DNA of 17,512 nucleotides from an uncultured Ruficoccus sp. (GTDB lineage Bacteria; Verrucomicrobiota; Verrucomicrobiia; Opitutales; Cerasicoccaceae): NCBI GenBank assembly GCA_965140785.1, contig OZ223479.1, positions 1 to 17,512 of the forward strand, read 5' to 3'. Shown piece by piece: positions 7,737 to 17,072 of this stretch (position 1 is its first letter; each line of letters starts with the position of its first letter). The notes under the pieces were generated by a model. It saw only the letters and a program-made list of their open reading frames with translations, ran no database searches and was not told where the DNA came from. The position numbers and the translations under genes were made by a program.

Positions 7737-9058
7737 TACCAGTTGAGGAGGCCTTTGATTTCGAGGTCGAGCAATTGGGCGGCCCGATAGTCGGCAGTAA
7801 AGATTTTCAGCGCGTTAAAGTACGCCTGATCGTCTTCGCCGGGCTCGAAAACACCCCCCTGCTCGGGGGCCGGCAGCGCCAGCCAGGCTTCGAGGACAAC
7901 GCCGAGAGAGAGGAGCGAGTTGTGGTAAACGGGGTTCACTCTCTGGAGCTGGAGCTTGATCTCACGCACCCGCTGGAGGGCGGCCTTTTTCATCAACGGG
8001 TTGCCGCGGTAGCCGTAAAGTTCATGCACCATCGCGCGTACATCCGCCCCGTTAATTTCCGCCGTGAGGGTGGCGCACTCCTTGATCAGGCGGACGGACT
8101 CGTCCAGCGAATAAAAGGGCGTTTGCCGAGCGCGTACGGCCATTTCGTAGCCGACCGCCCACCACATTTCCGTCGTCTGCTCATCGGGCAGTTTATCTGG
8201 AAAAGCCGAGACAAGCAGGTGGTAAGGGGGCAGGTTTTTCAGGAAACCCGCCATCAGTCGGCTGAAGTACTCGCGATCGGACGACTGGTTTTCCAGGAAA
8301 CGCAGCAGCCAGAAGCACTGGCGACGGGCCACGGGAGAGTCTGCGCTCTCGCTGCCCTTGAGGGAAAAGATACGCTCCAGCGACCAGGGACTTTCCTGGC
8401 GCGAGTTCAGCACGATCTCGTCGATCAACGCGGGGCGCAGCTCCACTTCGAGCCCCAGGCCGGCCCCAAGCTCCATCCAGTCGGGCACCTCGGTGGCAGC
8501 GGGGCGACCAAAGCGCCAGATGGCACAACGCACGAGGTAACCGCTCATCAGCGCCTGGCATACCTCGGAGAAGCGGGTGTCCTCGCTCCAGCGGATGAGG
8601 ATATGGACATCTCCATCGGGCTGCGGACGGATAAGAAAGGGCGTATCGAAGCCGGCCTTGTCCGCGGACACCAGTTCCACCAGAATCGGCAGCGGCAGCG
8701 AGTTGGGAAGTGGGACCAGCCTGGAGCCGTACTCCCCGGCCTGCTGCGCCATGTGGGTGACGTACTGCACGGAGACATAGTCACTCCCGGCGACTTGAAA
8801 GTAGTTGTTCTGCGTGAGGCGGACCTGCACCCGGGGAGCGTCCGGTACCGGGCCGGGGATTTGCTCCGCCGCGGTTTCAATCTCCTGAATGTTCAGGACC
8901 GGGCCGACCTGCAGCGGAGCCGTCCGGGCCGGATTCGCCTGGGGTGTCTCCGGTGAGGTTTCATCAACAGATGAGCTGGAGGACGCCGGCTGGGCAGCCA
9001 GTAATACAGGTAGCGCCAGTCCAAAGACCGTCCAGAAGACTCGTTTCCATGCTGCCAC
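7736..9058 (-). CDS. Exported hypothetical protein (possibly a degenerate zincin/peptidase-MA-like fold)
   Basis: 440-aa ORF with GTG start, signal-peptide-like MAAWKRVFWTVFGLALPVLLAAQ, Ser/Pro-rich linker and a PDWMELG motif; co-oriented and 24 bp from the upstream gene. Confidence 0.75.
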   Translation of the reverse strand: MAAWKRVFWTVFGLALPVLLAAQPASSSSSVDETSPETPQANPARTAPLQVGPVLNIQEIETAAEQIPGPVPDAPRVQVRLTQNNYFQVAGSDYVSVQYVTHMAQQAGEYGSRLVPLPNSLPLPILVELVSADKAGFDTPFLIRPQPDGDVHILIRWSEDTRFSEVCQALMSGYLVRCAIWRFGRPAATEVPDWMELGAGLGLEVELRPALIDEIVLNSRQESPWSLERIFSLKGSESADSPVARRQCFWLLRFLENQSSDREYFSRLMAGFLKNLPPYHLLVSAFPDKLPDEQTTEMWWAVGYEMAVRARQTPFYSLDESVRLIKECATLTAEINGADVRAMVHELYGYRGNPLMKKAALQRVREIKLQLQRVNPVYHNSLLSLGVVLEAWLALPAPEQGGVFEPGEDDQAYFNALKIFTADYRAAQLLDLEIKGLLNW

Positions 9059-9082
9059 GGCGAATTTCCGAGCCTCCGTGGC

Positions 9083-9772
9083 TCAGCCTTTGACCAGTTT
9101 CAGCACATCGCCCTCGATGCGGACATCCGAGAGCTCGTTCCACGCCTCCAAGACCTTCTGGGACGGCTCGGCCGATGAAAAGATCCTGTAGATAAAATCG
9201 CTGACCAGGGGCGTCACCACCTCGCGGGGCAGCTTGGCCGACCCCAGGTAGGACTCCTCGGGGACGAACTCGACACCGGCGGCACCGTGCGCAAAGGTAC
9301 CCTGCGTCTGGAAGAGCAACTTGTGGCTTTTGCCGTAAGCCTTGACCTCCATCATGACCGCAATGTTGAGCGTGCCGTTGGAGAGGTTGAACTTCGGCGC
9401 CGAGGGGATGAGCACGACCGAACTCTCCTCTTCATTCGGCATACGGGCGAAGCGGAAGGTGTCGCTCGCCCAGGTATTGAGCTCAGCGCTGGTCACCGAC
9501 ACCGTTCCGCCCGGACGGCTGACGAGGGCCGTTTCCTTAAGCTTGTACGTGGGCGCTGACCCGCCGGGCTCCTGCACATAATAGACGGCACGAGGCTCGC
9601 GCTCGTCGGGAGGCGGCAGCTTTCTGACCGTCTGCACCGGGATGAGCGCCAGATGAGCGATCCCGAGAATGAGCCCAATGATCACGCAAAAGACAGCCAA
9701 AATCAGCGAAAGAATCAAGCCGCCGGTTGAACGGTTCTCGGCATCTCTCTCGATCTGGCTCTTTTTGGGCAT
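9083..9772 (-). CDS. Hypothetical membrane-anchored protein (single N-terminal TM helix)
   Basis: Likely start is ATG 9772 (MPKKSQIERDAEN), 8 bp after the FmdB-family stop; TM segment GLILSLILAVFCVIIGLILGIAHLALI followed by a soluble beta-rich domain. The longer ORF to 9982 overlaps the FmdB-family gene. Confidence 0.75.
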   Translation of the reverse strand: MPKKSQIERDAENRSTGGLILSLILAVFCVIIGLILGIAHLALIPVQTVRKLPPPDEREPRAVYYVQEPGGSAPTYKLKETALVSRPGGTVSVTSAELNTWASDTFRFARMPNEEESSVVLIPSAPKFNLSNGTLNIAVMMEVKAYGKSHKLLFQTQGTFAHGAAGVEFVPEESYLGSAKLPREVVTPLVSDFIYRIFSSAEPSQKVLEAWNELSDVRIEGDVLKLVKG

Positions 9773-9780
9773 GGTCGGAC

Positions 9781-10065
9781 TTAGTGGGAACAGCCGCAAC
9801 TGCCGTTGCAAGAATGCGATCCGCTTTTCTTTTCCGAGGACGACTCGCTCCCGGAGGACTCGCTTTTGCTGCCGCGCTTGGTCTTGTAGTCGGTTTCGTA
9901 AAAACCGCTTCCTTTGAAAATGATCCCTGCCCCTCCGCTGATCATGCGCTCGACCTTGCCCTTTCGGTGGCAGCTCGGGCACTCCTTGAGCGGCTCCGCA
10001 GTGATGGACTGAAAGGCTTCAAAGTCCTGATCGCAGGCTTTGCAGTGGTATTCGTAAGTCGGCAT
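9781..10065 (-). CDS. FmdB-family zinc-ribbon regulatory protein
   Basis: MPTYEYHCKAC..ECPSC..FKGSGFYETDY family signature with two CxxC pairs; Ser-rich tail ending HSCNGSCGCSH. Confidence 0.92.
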   Translation of the reverse strand: MPTYEYHCKACDQDFEAFQSITAEPLKECPSCHRKGKVERMISGGAGIIFKGSGFYETDYKTKRGSKSESSGSESSSEKKSGSHSCNGSCGCSH

Positions 10066-10076
10066 GATGTGCTCAG

Positions 10077-10700
10077 TTAGCTAGCTTCCTGGGTAAGGAT
10101 AAAAACCTGCGTAGTATAGCCAAGCAACGGCAGAAATCCACCAAAAAAGACGAAGGGCAAAAGCGGGAAAAACAGCCCGATCAGCCCGAGGAAAGCCAAC
10201 CCGGAGACGAGTAAGCGCCGCCAGTTGCGGGCGAAGGGCTTCCAGATCCGGGGAAAGTCCAGCAATGTGCGCCAGTCCGCGTCGTTGCGCTGGAAGTGCC
10301 ACAGGGCCGAAAAGTAAAGCCCGCACACGCCCCAGAGCACCACCGAGGAGACAATCATCCCCCCAAAAACCAACGGAGCGAAGATAAACGCCAGGAACGC
10401 CTGCACGGTCAAAGCGATCCCCCAGGGCAGGCAGAACCAGACCACGAACACCGCCAGCGCCTTCAGGCCGGGCAGCAGGAGCGTCGCCGGGTCGTGCCAC
10501 TCGGGCAGCGAAAAATCGCCTGAAACGCGGATTTGCGCCAGGTAGCGCCAGAAATAGCCAAAGGCGAAAGGCAGGCCGATAATACTCAGGCACAACAAGC
10601 CGCCAATTAAGACTTTACGCCATGCGCTCTGATCCGCAAATATTCTTGCGCAAATCGTTTCCAAGCTCGCCAGCTCCGGATGTGATTGAGTTTCTCCCAT
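10077..10700 (-). CDS. DUF4013-like integral membrane protein
   Basis: WRKVLIGGLL..IIGLPFAFGY..LPEW pattern and about 4-5 hydrophobic helices; likely start ATG 10700 (MGETQSHP), which avoids overlap with the divergent ispA. Confidence 0.75.
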   Translation of the reverse strand: MGETQSHPELASLETICARIFADQSAWRKVLIGGLLCLSIIGLPFAFGYFWRYLAQIRVSGDFSLPEWHDPATLLLPGLKALAVFVVWFCLPWGIALTVQAFLAFIFAPLVFGGMIVSSVVLWGVCGLYFSALWHFQRNDADWRTLLDFPRIWKPFARNWRRLLVSGLAFLGLIGLFFPLLPFVFFGGFLPLLGYTTQVFILTQEAS

Positions 10701-10794
10701 TCTTTTAATCGAGGGTTTAATCTCTGCGCCTATCCTAGGCGGCACTCCCGGCAGCGCAAGCGTAAGATCATTATCTATGTCCAGCCCTGAACTT

Positions 10795-11673
10795 ATGGAT
10801 TTCAAGACGACCTATCAGCAGTACCAGCAGAAGGTCGAAAACGCGATCGACGCGATCATGCCCGCCGCCGATACCCGGCCCGCCGTGCTGCATGAAGCCA
10901 TGCGCTACAGCCTCCAGGCCGGCGGCAAGCGCATCCGCCCCGTTCTCATCCAGGCCGCCCACGCCCTCTTCCCCTCCCGGCTGGACCCGATGCCCGCCTG
11001 CGTCGCCATGGAGTGCCTGCACACCTACAGCCTCATTCACGACGATTTGCCCTGCATGGACAACTCGGACCTGCGCCGCGGCCGCGCCACCTGCCACAAG
11101 CAGTTTGACGAGGAAACCGCCCTGCTCGCCGGCGACGCCCTCCTGACCTGGGCCCTCTGGCTGTTGGCCGAGAAATACCAGGACGCCCCCGCTGTGGCTG
11201 TCGGCCTCGTGCGTGACCTCGGCTACGCCGCCGGCTCCGAGAAGCTTATCGGCGGCCAGATGGAAGACCTTTTGGGCGAACGCGAGGCCCCCAACGCCGA
11301 ACGGCTCGATTTCATCCACCGCAACAAGACCGGTGCGCTCATCACGGCCAGCCTCACCATGGGCATCCGCCTGAGCGAAGGCCCCCCCGAAACGGTCGAG
11401 ACCATGCGCGAGATCGGCCACCACGTCGGTATGGCTTTCCAGATCATTGACGACATCCTCGACGCCACCGCCGACGCCGAGACCCTCGGTAAGCCCGTCG
11501 GGGCCGACGCCGACAACAACAAGTCCACCTTCCCCGCCCTGTACGGCCTCGACGCCTCCCGCGCCAAGGCCCACGAGCACTCCGAGGCCGCCGTCAAGGC
11601 CTGCAAAGCCCTCGGCGGCAACAATGCCTTCCTCATCGCCCTCATCCGCGAGATGGAAAAGCGGGTGAACTGA
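10795..11673 (+). CDS. ispA: Polyprenyl diphosphate synthase (FPP/GGPP synthase, IspA-like)
   Basis: GGKRIRP, first Asp-rich motif HTYSLIHDDLPCMD..RRG, GQ, KT, second motif FQIIDDILD, GKP..D. Tyr five residues before the first motif suggests a short-chain product. Start is ATG 10795 or 10777. Confidence 0.93.
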   Translation: MDFKTTYQQYQQKVENAIDAIMPAADTRPAVLHEAMRYSLQAGGKRIRPVLIQAAHALFPSRLDPMPACVAMECLHTYSLIHDDLPCMDNSDLRRGRATCHKQFDEETALLAGDALLTWALWLLAEKYQDAPAVAVGLVRDLGYAAGSEKLIGGQMEDLLGEREAPNAERLDFIHRNKTGALITASLTMGIRLSEGPPETVETMREIGHHVGMAFQIIDDILDATADAETLGKPVGADADNNKSTFPALYGLDASRAKAHEHSEAAVKACKALGGNNAFLIALIREMEKRVN

Positions 11674-11690
11674 GCGAATAATGATTCGAC

Positions 11691-11719
11691 TTGAACAGCA
11701 GAGCCAATCGCTTTACTTG
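11691..11719 (+). promoter_or_regulatory. Possible sigma70 promoter for the two-gene cassette (leaderless transcript)
   Basis: TTGAAC (11691-11696), 17 nt, TACTTG (11714-11719) would put the start site near ATG 11727; the -10 match is imperfect. Confidence 0.3.
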
Positions 11720-11726
11720 TTACCCC

Positions 11727-11897
11727 ATGACTGTAGTCGTCGCTTCTCGCACCCAAAAAGAAGTTCGCAAGGATATTCAGGCGATGCAAAAAGCTTCCAA
11801 GGAAATCCTGAAATCCAAAGCAAGTGCGCGCGCTTACTTGGTTGAAAATGGGTTCATCACCAAGTCCGGCAAGTTGACCAAGCGCTACGGCGGATGA
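11727..11897 (+). CDS. Small basic hypothetical protein (56 aa), putative antitoxin/partner
   Basis: ATG 11727; MTVVVASRTQKEVRKDIQAMQKASKEILKSKASARAYLVENGFITKSGKLTKRYGG has 13 K/R against 4 D/E; its stop overlaps the next start (ATGA 11894-11897). Confidence 0.75.
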   Translation: MTVVVASRTQKEVRKDIQAMQKASKEILKSKASARAYLVENGFITKSGKLTKRYGG

Positions 11898-12493
11898 AAA
11901 TGGGAGCATTAGTGCTCGGCTACCATGGTTGTGACCGAGACGTTGCGGAAAACCTGCTCGCAGGAAAATCTCAATTCAAAGTTAGCAAAAATCCTTACGA
12001 CTGGCTTGGTAGCGGCATTTACTTTTGGGAGAACAATCCGAGCCGGGCTTTGGACTGGGCACGTTACATGGCCTCCAATCCACTGTTTCAAAAGCGCGTG
12101 AAGAAACCTTGGGCAGTCGGAGCGATCATCGAACTTGGAAATTGCCTTGATCTAACAGAAGCGGTTTCGCTCCAACTGGTGAAAGAATCGTACAAACGAC
12201 TCTCCATGATATCCGAGCTACTGGGAACGGATATGCCGCAGAATAAACCTGCCTCTGACGATGATGAAGACCTAGTTATGCGTCACCTTGATTGTGCGGT
12301 TATCAATAACGTTCATAAGTTAAGAAAACGTGCGAGTTTAGAAGCCTTTGATACCGTTCGAGGCGCATTCCATGAGGGTAAAGAGCTTTATCCGGGAGCA
12401 GCCATTCGCACGAAAACTCATATTCAACTCTGCGTCTGCAATTCAGCGAGTATCAAAGGTATCTTCCGGGTGCAGGATGTAGATAAGCGTTAA
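11894..12493 (+). CDS. Putative ADP-ribosyltransferase-fold toxin (H-Y-[Q], PARP/diphtheria-toxin-like clade)
   Basis: N-terminal strand LGYHG (H11), DWLGSGIYFWE (Y43) followed by helix RALDWA, and a late strand THIQLCV (Q178). This order matches HYE-class ART cores. No signal peptide; low GC. Confidence 0.7.
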   Translation: MKMGALVLGYHGCDRDVAENLLAGKSQFKVSKNPYDWLGSGIYFWENNPSRALDWARYMASNPLFQKRVKKPWAVGAIIELGNCLDLTEAVSLQLVKESYKRLSMISELLGTDMPQNKPASDDDEDLVMRHLDCAVINNVHKLRKRASLEAFDTVRGAFHEGKELYPGAAIRTKTHIQLCVCNSASIKGIFRVQDVDKR

Positions 12494-12525
12494 AGCCGTT
12501 AGCCCATTTCCACTTCCTAAAAATC

Positions 12526-12555
12526 AAAAAGGCCGTCTCACGAGGAGACGGCCTT
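12526..12555 (-). terminator. Intrinsic terminator (possibly bidirectional)
   Basis: 11-bp perfect stem AAGGCCGTCTC-ACGAG-GAGACGGCCTT (12529-12555); A5 at 12526-12530 gives a U-tail on the minus strand. Confidence 0.8.
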
Positions 12556-12626
12556 AATGGTATGGGGTGTGGGCTTGAGAAAAGTTTTAACTGATTCGCG
12601 TAGCATTCGCACTTAGTGCGAGATAT
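12526..12626 (-). ncRNA. Candidate ~100-nt small RNA
   Basis: Minus-strand TTGGCA (12660-12655), 16 nt, TACACT (12638-12633), internal hairpin TCGCAC-TAA-GTGCGA (12607-12621), ending in the terminator at 12526-12555. Confidence 0.35.
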
Positions 12627-12667
12627 GAGGCCAGTGTACGGTTCATCCGGGCCTTGCCAAGTGTTTT

Positions 12668-12704
12668 TTCCCGGTTTTCCGATAAAATTTCGGAAAACCG
12701 GGAA
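12668..12704. repeat. 15-bp perfect inverted repeat just downstream of tpiA
   Basis: TTCCCGGTTTTCCGA-TAAAATT-TCGGAAAACCGGGAA; no U-tail follows on either strand. Confidence 0.85.
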
Positions 12705-12714
12705 CACACTAAAT

Positions 12715-13503
<789 letters not shown>

Positions 13504-13530
13504 AGTGTTCTTAAGTGGGTTTAAAGATTA

Positions 13531-14733
13531 TTAAGCCTGCTCCAGCGCGGCCACGCCGGGCAAGGTTTTTCCTTCCAGGAATTCGAGGCTGGCGCCGCCG
13601 CCGGTGCTGATGAAGGAGACCTTGTCGCCATAGCCGCTCTTCTTGATCGCCTTGACGGAGTCGCCGCCGCCGATGATCGAGATCGCGTCGGCTTCGGCCA
13701 CGGATTCGGCCACGGCGAAGGTGCCCTTGGCGCATTCCTTGATCTCGAAGATGCCCATGGGGCCGTTCCAGAGGATGGTCTTGGCGTTGGCCACTTCGGC
13801 CTTGTAGAGCTCGATCGTCTTGGGGCCGATGTCCACGCCCTGCCAGCCGTCCGGGATGTCGTCGCCGCAGACCTTGACCTCGCCGACCGAACCGGCGCCG
13901 AAGTCCACCTTGTCGGTGATGGTGTTATCGACCGGCAGCAGGAATTTCACGCCCTTGGCTTCGGCCTTGGCCAGGCAAGCCTTGGCGGTCTCGACCTTGT
14001 CCGGCTCGGACAGGCTGGAGCCGATCTGGCGGCCCAGGGCGAGCGCGAAGGTGTAGGCCATGGCGCCACCGATGAGCATGGTGTCGCACTTCTCGAGCAG
14101 GGCCTCGATGACGGTGATTTTGTCAGAGACCTTGGCCCCGCCGAGGATGACGGCGAAGGGGCGCTCGGGCTTGGCGGTCTTGTCGCCGAGGAAGTCCAGC
14201 TCCTTCTCAATCAGGAAACCGGAGACCTTCGGGCCGGAAATGTACTTGGTGATCCCTTCCGTGGTGGCGTGCGCGCGGTGCGCAGTGCCGAAAGCGTCGT
14301 TGACGTAGGCGTCGGCCAGCTTGGCCAGGGATTTAGCGAACTCGGGATCGTTCTTTTCCTCGCCCGGGTAGAAGCGGGCGTTCTCCAGCAGGATGACGCC
14401 GCCGTCGGCCAGCTCATTGGCGGCCTTTTCGGCTTCTTCGCCGATGCAGTCGGGCACGAAGAGCACGGGCTGGCCGAGACGCTCGGAGAGGGCCTTGGCC
14501 ACGGGGGCCAGCGTGTACTTCGGGTTCTTCTCGCCCTTGGGGCGACCCAGGTGGCTGGCCAGGATGACCTTGGCCCCTTGCTCGACCAGGTGCTTGATCG
14601 TGGGCAGGGCGCCCATGATGCGGGTGTCGTCGGAAATGTTACCCTGCGCGTCGAAGGGCACATTAAAGTCCACGCGCACGAAGACGCGCTTGCCGGCGAG
14701 ATTGACGTCTTTGATGGTTTTTACGGAAGCCAT
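13531..14733 (-). CDS. pgk: Phosphoglycerate kinase
   Basis: [66 protein letters not shown]. Confidence 0.99.
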   Translation of the reverse strand: MASVKTIKDVNLAGKRVFVRVDFNVPFDAQGNISDDTRIMGALPTIKHLVEQGAKVILASHLGRPKGEKNPKYTLAPVAKALSERLGQPVLFVPDCIGEEAEKAANELADGGVILLENARFYPGEEKNDPEFAKSLAKLADAYVNDAFGTAHRAHATTEGITKYISGPKVSGFLIEKELDFLGDKTAKPERPFAVILGGAKVSDKITVIEALLEKCDTMLIGGAMAYTFALALGRQIGSSLSEPDKVETAKACLAKAEAKGVKFLLPVDNTITDKVDFGAGSVGEVKVCGDDIPDGWQGVDIGPKTIELYKAEVANAKTILWNGPMGIFEIKECAKGTFAVAESVAEADAISIIGGGDSVKAIKKSGYGDKVSFISTGGGASLEFLEGKTLPGVAALEQA

Positions 14734-14750
14734 GATGATTCCAGATTTAT

Positions 14751-14782
14751 AAATTCAAAATTCGTAGATTCGTAAATTCGCG
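14751..14782. repeat. Short degenerate 8-mer tandem repeat upstream of pgk
   Basis: AAATTCAA-AATTCGTA-GATTCGTA-AATTCGCG. Confidence 0.55.
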
Positions 14783-14833
14783 GGCCGAAACCTCAGGTGG
14801 GCCGGCGGCGAAATTCGACGATGCTCAAGCCTT

Positions 14834-14920
14834 AAAAAAAAGCGGCGTTAGCCGTCCTTTGGGAAAGCGAGGCCGCCCACAGATGTGGGCGGCCCGCCGG
14901 AAAAATCCGTTAGCGGATTG
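14834..14920 (-). terminator. Hairpins and U-tract between gap and pgk (partial terminator or stability elements)
   Basis: AATCCG/CGGATT hairpin next to the gap stop; perfect GGCCGCCCAC-AGAT-GTGGGCGGCC at 14871-14894; weak CGGC/GCCG stem followed by T8 on the minus strand (A8 at 14834-14841). Confidence 0.5.
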
Positions 14921-14922
14921 GC

Positions 14923-16089
<1,167 letters not shown>

Positions 16090-16188
16090 CTAATGCTAAT
16101 TGCCACCGCCCGCCCCGCTTATAGAGCGCATAAATGCGGACTTTACGGCTCCAAAACCGTCCCCATTATATCATCTGTTTATACGCTG

Positions 16189-16332
16189 CATCCGTCAAGC
16201 GTTTCTGATGGATGGGGAGGGTAACAGACATACCCGGCTCGCAGACAATACCCCCGGCGATAAGGCCAGAATCGCTGTTGCTCCTCGGCTGGTTTGATCC
16301 GCACGGTCGAATCACGGCAGCGGGCTTTTTTT
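16189..16332 (+). promoter_or_regulatory. Structured leader or sRNA ending in a terminator-like hairpin plus T7
   Basis: Stems CATCCGTCA/TGATGGATG (16189-16214), GGGTA/TACCC (16219-16235), GGCGAT/ATCGCT (16256-16276), CGCTGTTG..TGGTTTGATC-CGCAC-GGTCGAATCA-CGGCAGCG (16273-16322), then T7 at 16326-16332. Confidence 0.4.
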
Positions 16333-16378
16333 ATTAATGCTTACGCCTTGCATTTACGGGCTGATTGCATTTCCTCGA

Positions 16379-16407
16379 AGTGGAATTTTTAGTGTAAAAA
16401 TTCCACT
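16379..16407. promoter_or_regulatory. 13-bp perfect AT-rich inverted repeat (operator-like)
   Basis: AGTGGAATTTTTA-GTG-TAAAAATTCCACT, ending 11 nt before ATG 16419. Confidence 0.55.
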
Positions 16408-16418
16408 CTATTAATCCT

Positions 16419-16970
16419 ATGTCCAGAATCGGAGTAATCGTTTCGCTACTTTTCTGCTGTGCGCTTCCCGCTCAGGCCGTGCTCGTCCTCAATATTGATA
16501 CAACGCAGAAGACGTTCTTTCTGACCGGCTCCGACCAGGTTCTCACCTCTAGAGACGGGACCGTCGCCTGGGGCATATCGACCAGCTACGCCGGGGAGCC
16601 CGATGCCCACATGAACTTCCCCAGCTCCACGATGGTGACGGCGAACAACACAACGCCGACAGAGTACGGCGCACTGGACATCTGGATAGACCCGGTGTAC
16701 CCCCTCACCCTCAGGCTGGTCATGGCGGACGGATTCAGTGGCACAGATATCTACGGGGTAGGATCAACCGGCTCCATTTCCTATGCGGAATTGACCGAGC
16801 AGGAGCAGGCCGCCTTTGAGTCGGCCATCGGGTTCACTTATGATCCGGTCGAGGGGCAGGCCTCCGAGCTGAGCGTGGTGGCTGCTGTCCCCGAAGCCGC
16901 GCACTATGCGGTTTTCGCAGGCCTCGCCGGTCTGCTCGTCGCCCTGCGGATGCGAAAAAAGCGGGCCTAA
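16419..16970 (+). CDS. PEP-CTERM sorting-domain surface protein
   Basis: Signal peptide MSRIGVIVSLLFCCALPAQA; C-terminal VPEA variant motif, TM helix HYAVFAGLAGLLVAL and basic tail RMRKKRA. Confidence 0.88.
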   Translation: MSRIGVIVSLLFCCALPAQAVLVLNIDTTQKTFFLTGSDQVLTSRDGTVAWGISTSYAGEPDAHMNFPSSTMVTANNTTPTEYGALDIWIDPVYPLTLRLVMADGFSGTDIYGVGSTGSISYAELTEQEQAAFESAIGFTYDPVEGQASELSVVAAVPEAAHYAVFAGLAGLLVALRMRKKRA

Positions 16971-17072
16971 GCTCTGTACGCAAACCTGCTCAGGTCACAT
17001 CCTGGTCTCTGTTTGGGTTTGAATTTCGTGTCCTCGGCTCGACAATTCTAAGCTCCTCGCCGGTCGGCGGAA

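Noticed and set aside
7718..8956. 412-aa + strand ORF
   Set aside because: Antisense shadow of 7736-9058, which has a signal peptide and operon context.
9773..9982. N-terminal extension of ORF 9083-9982
   Set aside because: It overlaps the FmdB-family gene out of frame and is Arg/Gln-rich nonsense; ATG 9772 fits operon spacing.
11674..12525. IS element or target-site duplication around the low-GC cassette
   Set aside because: No transposase, terminal inverted repeats or flanking direct repeats were found by eye.
16256..16300. Fluoride riboswitch (GGCGAT start)
   Set aside because: Only the first six bases resemble it; the GATGG/GATGA core, pseudoknot and downstream CTGATG motif are missing, and the downstream gene is unrelated.
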